This document shows positions 47,701 to 58,635 of a DNA stretch of 64,000 nt, one piece after another. The stretch's first letter is position 1; each line of letters starts with the position of its first letter. The position numbers were made by a program, and so were the translations under genes. Source of the DNA: Macrostomum lignano (taxonomy: Eukaryota); assembly GCA_002269645.1 (NCBI GenBank), contig NIVC01001362.1:186001-250000 (forward strand), written 5' to 3'. Below the pieces are notes generated by a model. The model did no database searches. It had not been told where the DNA came from and saw only the letters and a program-made list of their open reading frames with translations.

Positions 47701-49334
47701 CTCCGTTCCCGTCGGTGGCAACTCGATAGCCACGACACGCGCAGCCTGCACGGCCTGCGGCACGAGCTCTCACAACACGACGGACTCCTGCTCAAAGGGC
47801 ACCAAATCGTCGTTCCTGCCATTCTGCGCTACCGCTGCCTGCAGCTGGCGCACCAAGGCCACCTGGGTGTCCAGAAAACATTGGCACGCCTCCAGACAAA
47901 GGTCTGGTGGCCCTCAATGCGGGCCTCCGTCGAGAACTTCGTAAACTCCTGCCTCAGCTGCAAGGCCTGCACGAACACAGCCGAATTGAAGGCAGCCCCA
48001 CTTCAGCCGACTGAGCTGCCGCAGGGGCCGTGGCTAGAGCTGGGCCTAGACTTCCTGGGACCGATCAGAGGCCACATGCTGCTGGTGTGCACCGACTATT
48101 TTTCACGTTTCCCACTGGTACAGACGATGTCGGGGTCGACAGCGGCAGCTCCGGTCATCCGAACCCTCCGCCAGTGGTTCAGCACGTTCGGCCAGCCAGT
48201 CAAGATCACCACCGACAACGGCCCGCCATTCTCGTCCGCAGAATTCAACGCCTTCCTGCGCAGCCAGGGCGTCCACCACCATCGGACTACGCCGCTGCAT
48301 CCCCAAGCCAACGGACTCGTAGAGCGATGCAACCGAGGCCTCAATAAGGCAATCAGAGCGGCGATTCTGGAAGGCAGCGACTGGCAGGCGGCACTGGACG
48401 ACTACCTGGCTGCATACCGGCGAACACCGCACGCAGCAACCGGCATGGCCCCAGCCGACCTGCTATTCGGCCGACAGCTCAACGACACGATCCCCAGCTT
48501 GCGCCACTCCCGGCCGGTTGACGCCAGGCGACAGACCGTCCGCGGCCACGACTCCAGGGCGAAGGAGCGGATGAAGGCCTTCGCCGACAGCAAGAGGGGC
48601 GCCACCGACCACCAGATCACCGTAGGCGACCTCGTACTCCGCCGGCTCACCAACCGCAGCAAGACCGACCCCTTCTTCGAGGCCTCGCCATGGACCGTGA
48701 CAGAAATCCGCGGCAACACCCTGCAGCTCCAACGGGCCGGCCAGAGGTGCTCCAGGCACGCCAGCCACGTCAAGCGAGTCTCCCAGGCAGCCGACGAGTG
48801 GCCGGGTGACCCCGGAGAACGCGACAGCGGACAGGACAGCCGGCCGGATGAACCAACCGGCCCGCCCGAGCCAACCGGCAACCAGGACGTCCCTCTCGCC
48901 AACAGGCCGCACCCCCGACAGGCCAAGGAGACGCCGAAACGCTACGAAGAGGGCGACCGGCGAAAGGCTCTGGACATCTGACAGCTGGCGGAACAGCAGC
49001 AAGGACTGATCATTGACTCTAATGACTGATACTGATTGCTCGATCGCGCGTAACATGAACCCAACGTTGTACCCAACCCCACCCCGGGTTCCAATCCACC
49101 AGACGAGGGATGTAGCATGCGCAGGCAGGCAGTTCGGGTACCTAGTTTGCACTCCGTGACCCCCACCCAGCCTATCCACTTCCCTCTGCTCGAGCACATC
49201 CCAACGCGCACTCAATGAACCGGAAATATGTGTTCTACCAGACAATAAATATACAGGCACAGCCACATTCTATTTCTTCACCTTTTGAGTGGCTAACGAA
49301 CACTCGCAACAACCAGCTAGTGTTGCTCGCTACA
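44715..49334 (+). mobile_element. Full-length Ty3/Gypsy LTR retrotransposon (4620 bp, Mag-like single ORF)
   Basis: 224-bp LTRs at 44715..44938 and 49111..49334, identical by eye, ending TGTAGC...GCTACA; TSD ATACT (44710..44714 and 49335..49339); PBS-like TGGCGTCAC right after the 5' LTR; purine tract AGACGAGGGA before the 3' LTR. Confidence 0.98.
44962..48981 (+). CDS. Gag-Pol polyprotein, 1339 aa (Gag with two Cys/His knuckles, protease, RT, RNase H, integrase)
   Basis: Protease LIDSGAS; RT LDVAKAFHQI and VHDDIII; RNase H VDASPTGLGA...AYASRSL...YSQTEREALA; integrase HQGHLG...CLSC and TDNGPPF...NGLVERCN; Gypsy order PR-RT-RH-IN. The first ATG after the PBS is at 44962. Confidence 0.97.
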   Translation: MALLQLQPPSAFSISADPHTVSKRWTEWATTLKRFLAASGISDDAQKQEILLYTAGKEVADIFKEISQTRPATDQPEQQTLDSLIAALTQHFQKRDNVVFTRYQFRQCTQLDGEGIDSWHNRLCNAAEACQFGELRQSLIRDQIVACCRSESLRKRLLNVPNISLPDALQLARTNEAASQQAAIMERSAAGPAEEVHAASDKRPTRRPPASPADKCLRCGEPGHRTCNRAQGKRCSNCGKLHHLAKACLSGRARINMAEPEPEEPAVAHLAEAVFSSLDPSRTSTTFKAVINGANVPVLIDSGASCNVLSQRTLRLTGAPERALQPTHTRVYPLGAARPLTPAGQITLHTKINGNSERVRVIVIREDCITILGRETSTQMGMLRVGPQAETALTAGLTPTVNDLHLPQDLRLSSIRKEFSDRFQGIGCIKGVSVSIQLKEEAVPVCHPPSRVPVHLRTTVEKELKGQLAAGILERVTGPSAWSSRMVVVPKASPGEIRITQDLRDVNKYVIPEKQPIPTFEEVTDEMAGSTYFSELDVAKAFHQIEVSEESRQLLTFSTPLGLLRLKRLCMGFTSASEILQRVMTSILSGLRGVRWVHDDIIIFASTIKEHNERLRNCLVRLRQHNVTLNPRKCRIATQQADFLAMRLSAAGIQPTEEKLEAVANFKRPENATEVRSFLGLVTFVARFIPNLADKARPLRELTKKNVKWSWGPQQASAFQTIKQSIAHSTTLAFFNKNCETRLIVDASPTGLGAILAQVQPGGLTRPIAYASRSLSDTEQRYSQTEREALAVKFGCLKFHHYLSGCPKFKVITDHKPLVSLLSPGSRPPPRIERMALRLQDLHFEVTYQPGADNPADVLSRQPRPTPPNNQGEDLDTAYIAMTAQAAAPNSISLETIKVAAAGDKAIQAAVSGLRSRRWQLDSHDTRSLHGLRHELSQHDGLLLKGHQIVVPAILRYRCLQLAHQGHLGVQKTLARLQTKVWWPSMRASVENFVNSCLSCKACTNTAELKAAPLQPTELPQGPWLELGLDFLGPIRGHMLLVCTDYFSRFPLVQTMSGSTAAAPVIRTLRQWFSTFGQPVKITTDNGPPFSSAEFNAFLRSQGVHHHRTTPLHPQANGLVERCNRGLNKAIRAAILEGSDWQAALDDYLAAYRRTPHAATGMAPADLLFGRQLNDTIPSLRHSRPVDARRQTVRGHDSRAKERMKAFADSKRGATDHQITVGDLVLRRLTNRSKTDPFFEASPWTVTEIRGNTLQLQRAGQRCSRHASHVKRVSQAADEWPGDPGERDSGQDSRPDEPTGPPEPTGNQDVPLANRPHPRQAKETPKRYEEGDRRKALDI

Positions 49335-49589
49335 ATACTGATCTCTGAAAAAGTTTCTCAGATCTCAGAGTTCCTTTGAGCTTAGCTTGAAGCTACGAGC
49401 GTACTTATAGCAGACCTTTCGAATGTCTTTGTTGCCTCGCTCGTTGAATATGATTTCGGGATCAGCAGCGTTGTCGCCGGTTTCTATTTTAAATATTATG
49501 TTTGATTTTTTAAACTTTTCTAACTTAATTGCATCTCCTCACCGGCGGTGGGGAAGAACTCAGCTCGTCCCGTGTCCTTGAGGTACCCA

Positions 49590-50095
49590 AGATAACCGCA
49601 TAGGATAACCGATAACCCAAAGATAAAGTGCTCAGAGTTTTCATTGCTTGAGCGACAGAATTGCGGCACCGCTCCTCATGCTAACTGGCCCTGAAGGAAG
49701 CGGTGGCTAAAGGAAGCAGCCATGCCCAAAGAGGGCCATGCTGACTGCTCTAAGATCCTTGCGTTCAAGCCTAAGGAGGGCTCTGTGCAGGAGGGGAGGG
49801 GCAGGGGACGGCAGCACGGGATTGCCTGCAATTCCGGGTGTCGTGTCACCTGAAGAGATGCTCGGAATCAGCCCAAGCCGTTGACCCGGGAGTTGATTAC
49901 CGAGGCGGGGATGGGGGCCCGGCCCCAGGAGCTGAGGTTTCAGGGCAGCGTACTCGTTGCTAAGAAAACCAGTGTGGTCCGGGATCCATTTGAGCTCCAC
50001 CTGATTGCCCAGCACAAAGTCCGAAGGGCTGCTTGGCTGTCGGAAAGCAATGTCGCTTTTAAGGCTAAGCGAGCCCAATCACTTTCTCTATCCCC
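49590..50095 (-). mobile_element. Degenerate non-LTR retrotransposon fragment (RNase H plus C-terminal region)
   Basis: Across frames it reads LSDSQAALRTL, VELKWIPDHTGFLSNEYAA and LLRLERKDLRAVSMALFGHG, then a decayed Cys/His knuckle region; these are hallmarks of RNase H-bearing LINEs (I/R1/Loa groups). Confidence 0.75.
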
Positions 50096-50704
50096 TTCAT
50101 TTTATTCCATCTAAATCTGCAGTGAAGTCGCAGTAGCAAAAAATGACTTTTTAATGCTGACTTTGTGATGAGGCTCGATGTATAAGCAGAGTAAGATAAA
50201 GTGCTGCATTCCATGATGATTAAACTATAAGTCTACCTCTTATTCTGTGTAGAATCTTAATAGTTATATTAATCCACCTGGCCAAAATTGTTATTAAAAC
50301 CTCAGCTTCAATCGGAAACTTTAAAATTCTAAAAACATGAACAATCACTTGAGAAATTGTAAATTTAGAATCCGTATCAAAAGGGGGTTTTCATAGCTGC
50401 GTTAACGAGGAAACAACATGCAAATAGCTCTACTGCAAGTAGTTTACGCTAGTTTTACAAGTTCAGCACACAATTGTTGCTTTATTTAATAAAAATTGGT
50501 GAGTAAATAAGTCAATAAAGTCGTATAAAATAAATTAATAATTGTTTTAACACCGTTTTGTCATTTTTAGGCAATATTTACGATTGATATTCATGAAATT
50601 TTGATTTTAGCAAGGGCTGTAAAACTCACTACGAAAACGAGCGCTTTAGTCTCTGCACCTCTATTTTCTGTCAGTATATATACGGATCCGAATCCTACAG
50701 GATC

Positions 50705-50721
50705 GTACTTGCTTCGGCAGT

Positions 50722-50761
<40 letters not shown>

Positions 50762-50811
50762 GGCCCCTGCGCAAGGATGACACGCAAATTCGTGAAGCGT
50801 TCCATATTTTT
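50705..50811 (+). ncRNA. U6: U6 snRNA, copy B
   Basis: Identical to copy A; octamer at 50418 and TATA at about -30. Confidence 0.98.
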
Positions 50812-51159
50812 TGTCTTTTTTCATAATCCATTAAGATTGTTATTTAATTACGGGGGATCGTACAACGAAAGCCCCGACCCTCATATGCACGTTTGTAGAT
50901 AAATGATCACACAACGAAAGAATGTCCAAAATTTATGCAAAAATCTAATAGCTCGTACGAGTCCCGATCGACTGATCGAGGTGCCCCGAGCCAAATGGTA
51001 GTTAGTTGAGAATGAAACTGAAAAATCATGAATAATTCTTACTGACACTAAGTTTAAGTCTGTTTATGAACAGTAGGGGGAGGGCGGAGACCTGAAAAAA
51101 AAATTCAAAGGGTTTTGAGGTACCAAGACCAAGCGAATTTTCACCAAAGCAGAGACGCC

Positions 51160-51997
51160 CCCTCCGCCTCCTTCCAGAATCCGCCCCTTTTCAGAATCCG
51201 CCCCTTCCAGAATCCGCCCCCTTCCAGAATCCGCCCCCTTCCAGAATCCGCCCCCTTCCAGAATCCGCCCCCTTCCAGAATCCGCCTCCTTCCAGAATCC
51301 GCCCCTTCCAGAATCCGCCCCCTTTGGGTCTTTACCCTCCAGAATCCGCCCCCTTTGGGTTTTTACCGTCCAGAATACGCCCCCCCTTTGGGTCTTTACC
51401 CCCCAGAATACGCCCCTTGGGTCTTTACCCCCCAGAATCCGCCCCTTGAGTCTTTACCCTCCAGAATCCGCCCCAAGGGTCTTTACCCCCCAGAATCCGC
51501 CCCTTGGGTCTTTACCCCCCAGAATCCGCCCCTTGAGTGTTTACCCTCCAGAATCCGCCCCTTGGGTCTTTACCCTCCAGAATCCGCCCCTTGGGTCTTT
51601 ACCCTCCAGAATCCGCCCCTTGGGTCTTTACCCCCAGAATCCGCCCCTTGAGTGTTTACCCCCCAGAATCCGCCCCTTGGGTCTTTACCCTCCAGAATCC
51701 GCCCCTTGGGTCTTTACCCCCCAGAATCCGCCCCTTGAGTGTTTACCCCCCAGAATCCGCCCCTTGAGTGTTTACCCTCCAGAATCTGCCCCTTGGGTCT
51801 TTACCCTCCAGAATCCGCCCCTTGGGTCTTTACCCTCCAGAATCCGCCCCTTAGGTCTTTACCCTCCAGAATCCGCCATTTGGGTCTTTACCCTCCAGAA
51901 TCCGCCCCTTGGGTCTTTACCCTCCAGAATCCGCCCCTTAGGTCTTTACCCTCCAGAATCCGCCATTTGGGTCTTTACTCCCCAGAATCCGCCCCAC
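51160..51997. repeat. GC-box-rich minisatellite, array B
   Basis: Paralog of 41795..42520. Confidence 0.93.
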
Positions 51998-52267
51998 CTC
52001 AACAAATTTCTGGTTGCGCTAACTGTCTATGACTCTTTCTATAGTGACTAGAATAAAGGTCTCTTTTCGACTTAAGGGAAGTAAATTAGGCTCATTGACA
52101 CTCCCGCCATCCTTGCCATCAAATAATGATGTATTTGTACAAAGGAATGAAAGTTGATGTACAAGTCTCGAGATTAGCTATACGAAATCTGGTCAGATTT
52201 GATAGAGGTGTGAGTTGTGAACGAACCTTCAGTCTTTAACAACAACAAAATACGCATCAAGCGTCAA

Positions 52268-54338
52268 GCCTGCGGCGCTCAAACGAGTGCCTGCGGTGCT
52301 CAAATGAGTGCCTGCGGCGCTCAAACGAGTGCCTGCGACGCTCAAACGAGTGCCTGCGGCGCTCAAACGAGTGCCTGCGGCGCTCAAACGAGTGCCTGCG
52401 ACGCTCAAACGAGTGCCTGCGGCGCTAAAATGGTGCGTGCGGTGCTCAAATAGGTGCCTGCGGCGCTAAAATGAGTGCCTGCGGCGCCAAAATGAGTGCT
52501 TGCGGAGCTAAAATGAGTGCTTGCGGCGCTAAAATGAGTGCTTGCAGCGCTAAAATGAGTGCTTGCGGCGCTAAAATGAGTGCCTGCGGCGCTAAAATGA
52601 GTGCCTGCGGCGCTAAAATGAGTGCCTGTGGCGCTAAAATGAGTGCCTGTGGCGCTAAAATGAGTCCCTGCAACGCGAAACTGAGTGCCTGTGGCGCTAA
52701 AATAAGTCCCTGCGGCGATAAAATGAGTGTCTGCGGCGCTAAAATGAGTGCCTGCGGCGCTAAAATGAGTGCCTGCTGCGCTAAAATGAGTGCCTGTGGC
52801 GCTAAAATGAGTGCCTGCGGCGCTAAAATGAGTGCCTGCGGCGCTAAAATGAGTGCCTGCGGCGCTAAAATGAGTGCCTGCGGCGCTAAAATGAGTGCCT
52901 GTGGCGCTAAAATAAGTCCCTGCGGCGATAAAATGAGTGCCTGCGGCGCTAAAATGAGTGCCTGCTGCGCTAAAATGAGTGCCTGTGGCGCTAAAATGAG
53001 TGCCTGCGGCGCCAAAATGAGTGCCTGCGGCGCTAAAATGGTGCGTGCGGTGCTCAAATAGGTGCCTGCGGCGATAAAATGAGTGCTTGTGGCGCCAAAA
53101 TAAGTGCCTGCGGCGCTAAAATGAGTGCCTGTGGCGCTAAAATGGTTGCCTGCTGCGCTAAAATGAGTGCTTGAGGCGCCAAAATGAGTGCTTGCAGCGC
53201 TAAAATGAGTGCCTGTGGCGCTAAAATGAGTGCCTGCGGCGCTAAAATTAGTGCCTGCGGCGCTAAAATGAGTGCCTGTTGCGCTAAAATGAGTGCCTGT
53301 GGCGCTAAAATGAGTGCCTGCGGCGCTAAAATGAGTGCCTGTGGCGCTAAAATAAGTCCCTGCGGCGATAAAATGAGTTTCTGCGGCGCTAAAATGAGTG
53401 CCTGCGGCGCTAAAATGAGTGCCTGCGGCGCTAAAATGAGTGCCTGTGGCGCTAAAATGAGTGCCTGCGGCGCTAAAATGAGTGCCTGCGGCGCTAAAAT
53501 GAGTGCCTGTGGCGCTAAAATAAGTCCCTGCGGCGATAAAATGAGTGCCTGCGGCGCTAAAATGAGTGCTTGCGGCGCTAAAATGAGTGCCTGCTGCGCT
53601 AAAATGAGTGCCTGTGGCGCTAAAATGAGTGCCTGCGGCGCCAAAATGAGTGCCTGCGGCGCTAAAATGGTGCGTGCGGTGCTCAAATAGGTGCCTGCGG
53701 CGCTAAAATGAGTGCCTGCGGCGCCAAAATAAGTGTCTGCGGCGCCAAAATGAGTGCTTGCGGCGCTAAAATGAGTGCTTGCGGCGCTAAAATGAGTGCT
53801 TGAGGCGCCAAAATGAGTGCCTGCGGCGCCAAAATGAGTGCTTGTGGCGCCAAAATGAGTGCCTGCGGCGCTAAAATGAGTGCCTGTGGCGCTAAAATGG
53901 TTGCCTGCTGCGCTAAAATGAGTGCTTGCGGCGCCAAAATGAGTGCCTGCAGCGCCAAAATGAGTGCCTGTGGCGCTAAAATTAGTGCCTGCGGCGCCAA
54001 AATGAGTGCCTGTGGCGCTAAAATGGTGCGTGCGGTGCTCAAATAGGTGCCTGCGGCGCTAAAATGAGTGCCTGCGGCGCCAAAATGAGTGTCTGCGGCG
54101 CCAAAATGAGTGCTTGCGGCGCTAAAATGAGTGCTTGCGGCGCTAAAATGAGTGCTTGAGGCGCCAAAATGAGTGCTTGCGGCGCTAAAATGAGTGCCTG
54201 CGGCGCTAAAATGAGTGCCTGCGGCGCTAAAATGGTTGCCTGCTGCGCTAAAATGAGTGCTTGTGGCGCCAAAATGAGTGCCTGCAGCGCCAAAATGAGT
54301 GCCTGTGGCGCTAAAATTAGTGCCTGCGGCGCCAAAAT
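52268..54338. repeat. 21-bp minisatellite, array B, with higher-order blocks
   Basis: Direct inspection. Confidence 0.96.
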
Positions 54339-54560
54339 TTTCTTTGCTGACTTTCTCTGCCAAACTTTCTTGAAATTCTGTCCAGTTTCGTTGTCAGTTC
54401 TTGCAATTCTTCCTCATATTTGCCAATCAAATCCATGTCATCTGCAAGCCGAAAGTTGTTGATATGTGCTTGGCATGTCATTATTTAATAGGGATGGGCA
54501 CAGCCTGCAAAAACGGAATATAAATACTTAAGTCTTGATGTATTATGATGAAAAAAGACA

Positions 54561-54610
54561 AAAAATATGGAACGCTTCACGAATTTGCGTGTCATCCTTG
54601 CGCAGGGGCC

Positions 54611-54650
<40 letters not shown>

Positions 54651-54667
54651 ACTGCCGAAGCAAGTAC
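54561..54667 (-). ncRNA. U6: U6 snRNA, copy C
   Basis: Reverse complement of copies A and B; octamer ATTTGCAT at 54946..54953. Confidence 0.98.
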
Positions 54668-55275
54668 GATCCTGTAGGATTCGGACCGTATATATACTGA
54701 CAGAAAATAGAGGTGCAGAGACTAAAGCGCTCGTTTTCGTAGTGAGTTTTACAGCCCTTGCTAAAATCAAAATTTCATGAATATCAATCGTAAATATTGC
54801 CTAAAAATGACAAAACGGTGTTAAAACAATTATTAATTTATTTTATACGACTTTATTGAGTTCTTTACTCACCAATTTTTATTAAATAAAGCAATAATTG
54901 TGTGCTTAACTTGTAAAACTAGCGTAAACTACTTGCAGTAGAGCTATTTGCATGTTGTTTCCTCGTTAACGCAGCTATGAAAACCCCTTTTTGATACGGA
55001 TTCTGAATTTACAATTTCTCAAGTGATTGTTCATGTTTTTAGAATTTTAAAGTTTTCGATTGAAGCTGAGGTTTTAATAACAATTTTGGCCAGGTGGATT
55101 AATATAACTATTAAGATTCTACACAGAATAAGAGGTAGACTTATAGTTTAATCATCATGGAATGCAGCACTTTATCTTACTCTGCTTATACATCGAGCCT
55201 CATCACAAAGTCAGCATTAAAAAGTCATTTTTTGCTACTGCGACTTCACTGCAGATTTAGATGGAATAAAATGAA

Positions 55276-55780
55276 GGGGATAGAGAAAGTGATTGGGCTC
55301 GCTTAGCCTTAAAAGCGACATTGCTTTCCGACAGCCAAGCAGCCCTTCGGACTTTGTGCTGGGCAATCAGGTGGAGCTCAAATGGATCCCGGACCACACT
55401 GGTTTTCTTAGCAACGAGTACGCTGCCCTGAAACCTCAGCTCCTGGGGCCGGGCCCCCATCCCCGCCTCGGTAATCAACTCCCGGGTCAACGGCTTGGGC
55501 TGATTCCGAGCATCTCTTCAGGTGACACGACACCCGGAATTGCAGGCAATCCCGTGCTGCCGTCCCCTGCCCCTCCCCTCCTGCACAGAGCCCTCCTTAG
55601 GCTTGAACGCAAGGATCTTAGAGCAGTCAGCATGGCCCTCTTTGGGCATGGCTGCTTCCTTTAGCCACCGCTTCCTTCAGGGCCAGTTAGCATGAGGAGC
55701 GGTGCCGCAATTCTGTCGCTCAAGCAATGAAAACTCTGAGCACTTTATCTTTGGGTTATCGGTTATCCTATGCGGTTATC
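55276..55780 (+). mobile_element. Degenerate LINE RNase H fragment (inverted duplicate of 49590..50095)
   Basis: ORF 55293..55664 has the same translation as 49707..50078. Confidence 0.75.
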
Positions 55781-55874
55781 TTGGGTACCTCAAGGACACG
55801 GGACGAGCTGAGTTCTTCCCCACCGCCGGTGAGGAGATGCAATTAAGTTAGAAAAGTTTAAAAAATCAAACATA

Positions 55875-56400
55875 ATATTTAAAATAGAAACCGGCGACAA
55901 CGCAGCTGATCCCGAAATCATATTCAACGAGCGAGGCAACAAAGACATTCGAAAGGTCTGCTATAAGTACGCTCGTAGCTTCAAGCTAAGCTCAAAGGAA
56001 CTCTGAGATCTGAGAAACTTTTTCAGAGATCAGTATCAAATTGTATCTCGGATCGGTTGGAGTGAGCAGTCAGGACAAAGACAGGGCTGTGAAGGTACTG
56101 GAGAGTGTTGCTGAGGTGAATTCTCTCAGAAACATTGCAGTAGAGTCGTTTTGGATGCTTTGAGGAGATTTTATAATTAGTACAGTGTATCGGCCATAAG
56201 TCTTTATCTGCTCATGTTTTCCTAATCTATAAACTGTACCATATAATGGCTATACCATTAAAATGTATATGCTGTCATTTGTTTAATTATTGCAATACAT
56301 GCCCATCGGTGTACACTCAGACTAAAAATTACCCTACATGTTCTCCCGCTACGAGCACATCATCACACTACCTGTCAGTGGCAGCTTCTCGTGCTCAGCG
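55875..56400 (+). pseudogene. Pseudogenised paralog 2 of the orphan gene (frameshifted exon 1, most of exon 2 deleted)
   Basis: Shares GGAGTGAGCAGTCAGGACAAAGACAGGGCTGTG with 57899..57931; contains the empty LTR site at 56032..56036. Confidence 0.7.
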
Positions 56401-56989
56401 AGTCTTGACAATCTTGACTGTGAGCAATAGCTGGCTAACTACTGTACTCACAGTAAAGAACTCAGTGTACATAGCATTTACTATTGTTTAATCTTATAGT
56501 AACTTTCAAAATTCTGCTAATTTTGCTCGGAACAAGGTAAAATTATAGTCTGCTCCTATGCTTAATTTGTTATTAATTTCGTTTTAATGACAGCAAATGA
56601 CAGCAAAATTCATTGCGTCATAATGGTCATCAAAAACTAATGAATGATTGACTTGCACCTCTCCTGATGCCAAAACGGCGTTTTAGGCTCCACTGCGATT
56701 CGTATTTCATGCCTTTTCAATAATATACTTAATCCATTCATCACTTCCAGTCCTGATGATTTATCGATATTAATACTTATTCAGTTACTCAGTAGTAGTA
56801 TGGTTAGGAAACTGTTTAACTTCTTTAACCTGTGAAATACGCTATTAAGCTATAAGACTTAAATAAGCTATTAAGTCTTACAGCTTAAAATTACCTAATT
56901 ACCAACTGCCGCTAAAATACATACAGAGGGCTGCGATTCTTTTACGAGTACGAGTATCTAATAGGATGCTTAGAGTTTCAAAAATGAGA

Positions 56990-57425
56990 GTAAGATCTCA
57001 GCTATGAGAATCTAATGGGGAATCCGAGAGTCTGGGCTATGAGAATCTAATGGGGGAAACTGAGAGTCTCAGCTATGAGAATCTAATGGGGGAACTGAGA
57101 GTCTCAGCTATGAGAATCTAATGGGGGAACTGAGAGTCTCAGCTATGAGAATCTAATGGGGGAAACTGAGAGTCTCAGCTATGAGAATCTAATGGGGAAC
57201 TGAGAGTCTCAGCTATGAGAATCTAATGGGAGAACTGAGAGTCTCAGCTATGAGAATCTAATGGGAGAACTGAGAGTCTCAGCCATGAGAATCTAATGGG
57301 ATAACTGAGAGTCTCAGCTATGAGAATCTCTTGGGATAACTTAGAGTCTCAGCTTGAAAATCTCATGAGGAACTGAGAGTCTCAGCCTAAGAGAATCTCA
57401 AGGGGAACTGAGAGCCTCAGCTATG
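56990..57425. repeat. 34-35-bp minisatellite (TGAGAGTCTCAGCTATGAGAATCTAATGGGGGAAC)n
   Basis: Direct inspection. Confidence 0.93.
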
Positions 57426-57740
57426 ATATTCATTCTCGAACCAAACCGAACAGTGACAAAATGTGCTCACAATCTAATTATCGATTGGTTCCTTATTACA
57501 GGATCTCTCAAAAACGGTTGTACCTTGTGGCGATTGTACTTTAAAAGGAAGTTTCGCTTTAATTCTTCGGCAATTCCACGAATTTTCCACGGCATTTTCG
57601 CGGAGTTACCGCTAATGCCTTTTGTTATGGCGGTCTCTTTTAAAAAGCAGCTTTATGCCAAACCAAAAAGAGAGTGAAAGCAGACACCCTGTTGTTGCAT
57701 ATTAGATTTACTATCCTGAATTATTAGGTTAGATAGAACA

Positions 57741-58635
57741 ATGGAAAACGATTCACCATCTCAAGAGTTCATTGCTCTCCAAATCGACCTTAACGAGGCA
57801 AAAAAGAAATTTGATAGCTCTGCTAAGCAGTTTCATGCTCAAGTGAAATCTGAGACCAACTTTCTCAGAGACAGCACCAGAGTGATTCTCGGCTCGGAAG
57901 GAGTGAGCAGTCAGGACAAAGACAGGGCTGTGGAGGCACTGGAGAGTTTTGTTGATGTGGGTTCTCTGATTAGCAGAGCAGAGCCCAGAACAGTAGTATA
58001 TTTGAGGTAAGTACGAGTATTCAACGATATATGCTTACTTTGTCATCGGTGTAAACTTGGTAGGACAGAATTTCCATTCACTGCTCGAACAGCAAATGAT
58101 ATTTTTTAGCATTCAAAAGTCATTTGAGAGTGGAGAAGTTTTACATAATTTGTGTCGGCAATGCGGTGTTTTTAGGTTAGAAGAAATCTGCTTGAGTCCA
58201 TCATTGTGATTGGCGTATCTGCTATCAATATATATCAATTTTAGATGGTTTCATGAGTTGAGACACAAGTTATTGACATCAATGGAGACACACCAGGAAA
58301 TTTGGGGCAGTTTCGAGCAGGTCATGACTCCACATGTACGTCGCATTGTGCTCAGCCCAGCCGAGCTAATCACGGATCACGCAGAGGACCCGGACTGGAT
58401 CAGCTCACAGGACATCAAGTATTATGTGGACCGACTGAACAACTACCCTGTCACTATTCGAGAGATGGACAGGCTAATTGTTGCTATGGAGATTGAAATA
58501 AACAAGATTGCCGAGTGCGAAGCCAGGATGCGGCAGCTGGAGGCTGAGGCGGGACCTGCTGGACTTCAGCTGGATCCCACAGCTGCCGCCAGACTGCGGG
58601 ATGAGAGAGTCGCCATGCTGCTGCGGGCCTGCTGA
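57741..58635 (+). CDS. Hypothetical helical/coiled-coil protein, 218 aa; exons join(57741..58006, 58245..58635)
   Basis: ATG in ACAATGG context; GTAAGT donor and TTTTAG acceptor, phase 2, in frame to TGA; paralogous pseudogenes show mostly conservative substitutions. No family recognised. Confidence 0.72.

Noticed and set aside
45237-49266. Many antisense and alternative-frame ORFs inside the Gypsy element
   Set aside because: Shadow ORFs from GC-rich codon usage; no recognisable domains and no env-like features.
49334-50705. Ty3-like targeting of the Gypsy element to a Pol III start site
   Set aside because: The insertion is about 1370 bp upstream of U6-B, far from the TSS-proximal window used by Ty3; a single event gives no evidence of targeting.
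42885-54462. ORFs (MSACGAK)n, (APQALIL)n, (AAGTHFS)n and (PPESAP)n
   Set aside because: Stop-free readings of minisatellites, open on both strands.
41342-54667. Dada-type transposon targeting U6
   Set aside because: All three U6 genes are full length and uninterrupted, with promoter and terminator intact, and no DDE transposase is nearby.
54535-54780. Short ORFs 54535..54780 (+) and 54543..54770 (-)
   Set aside because: They overlap U6 copy C and its promoter; incidental.
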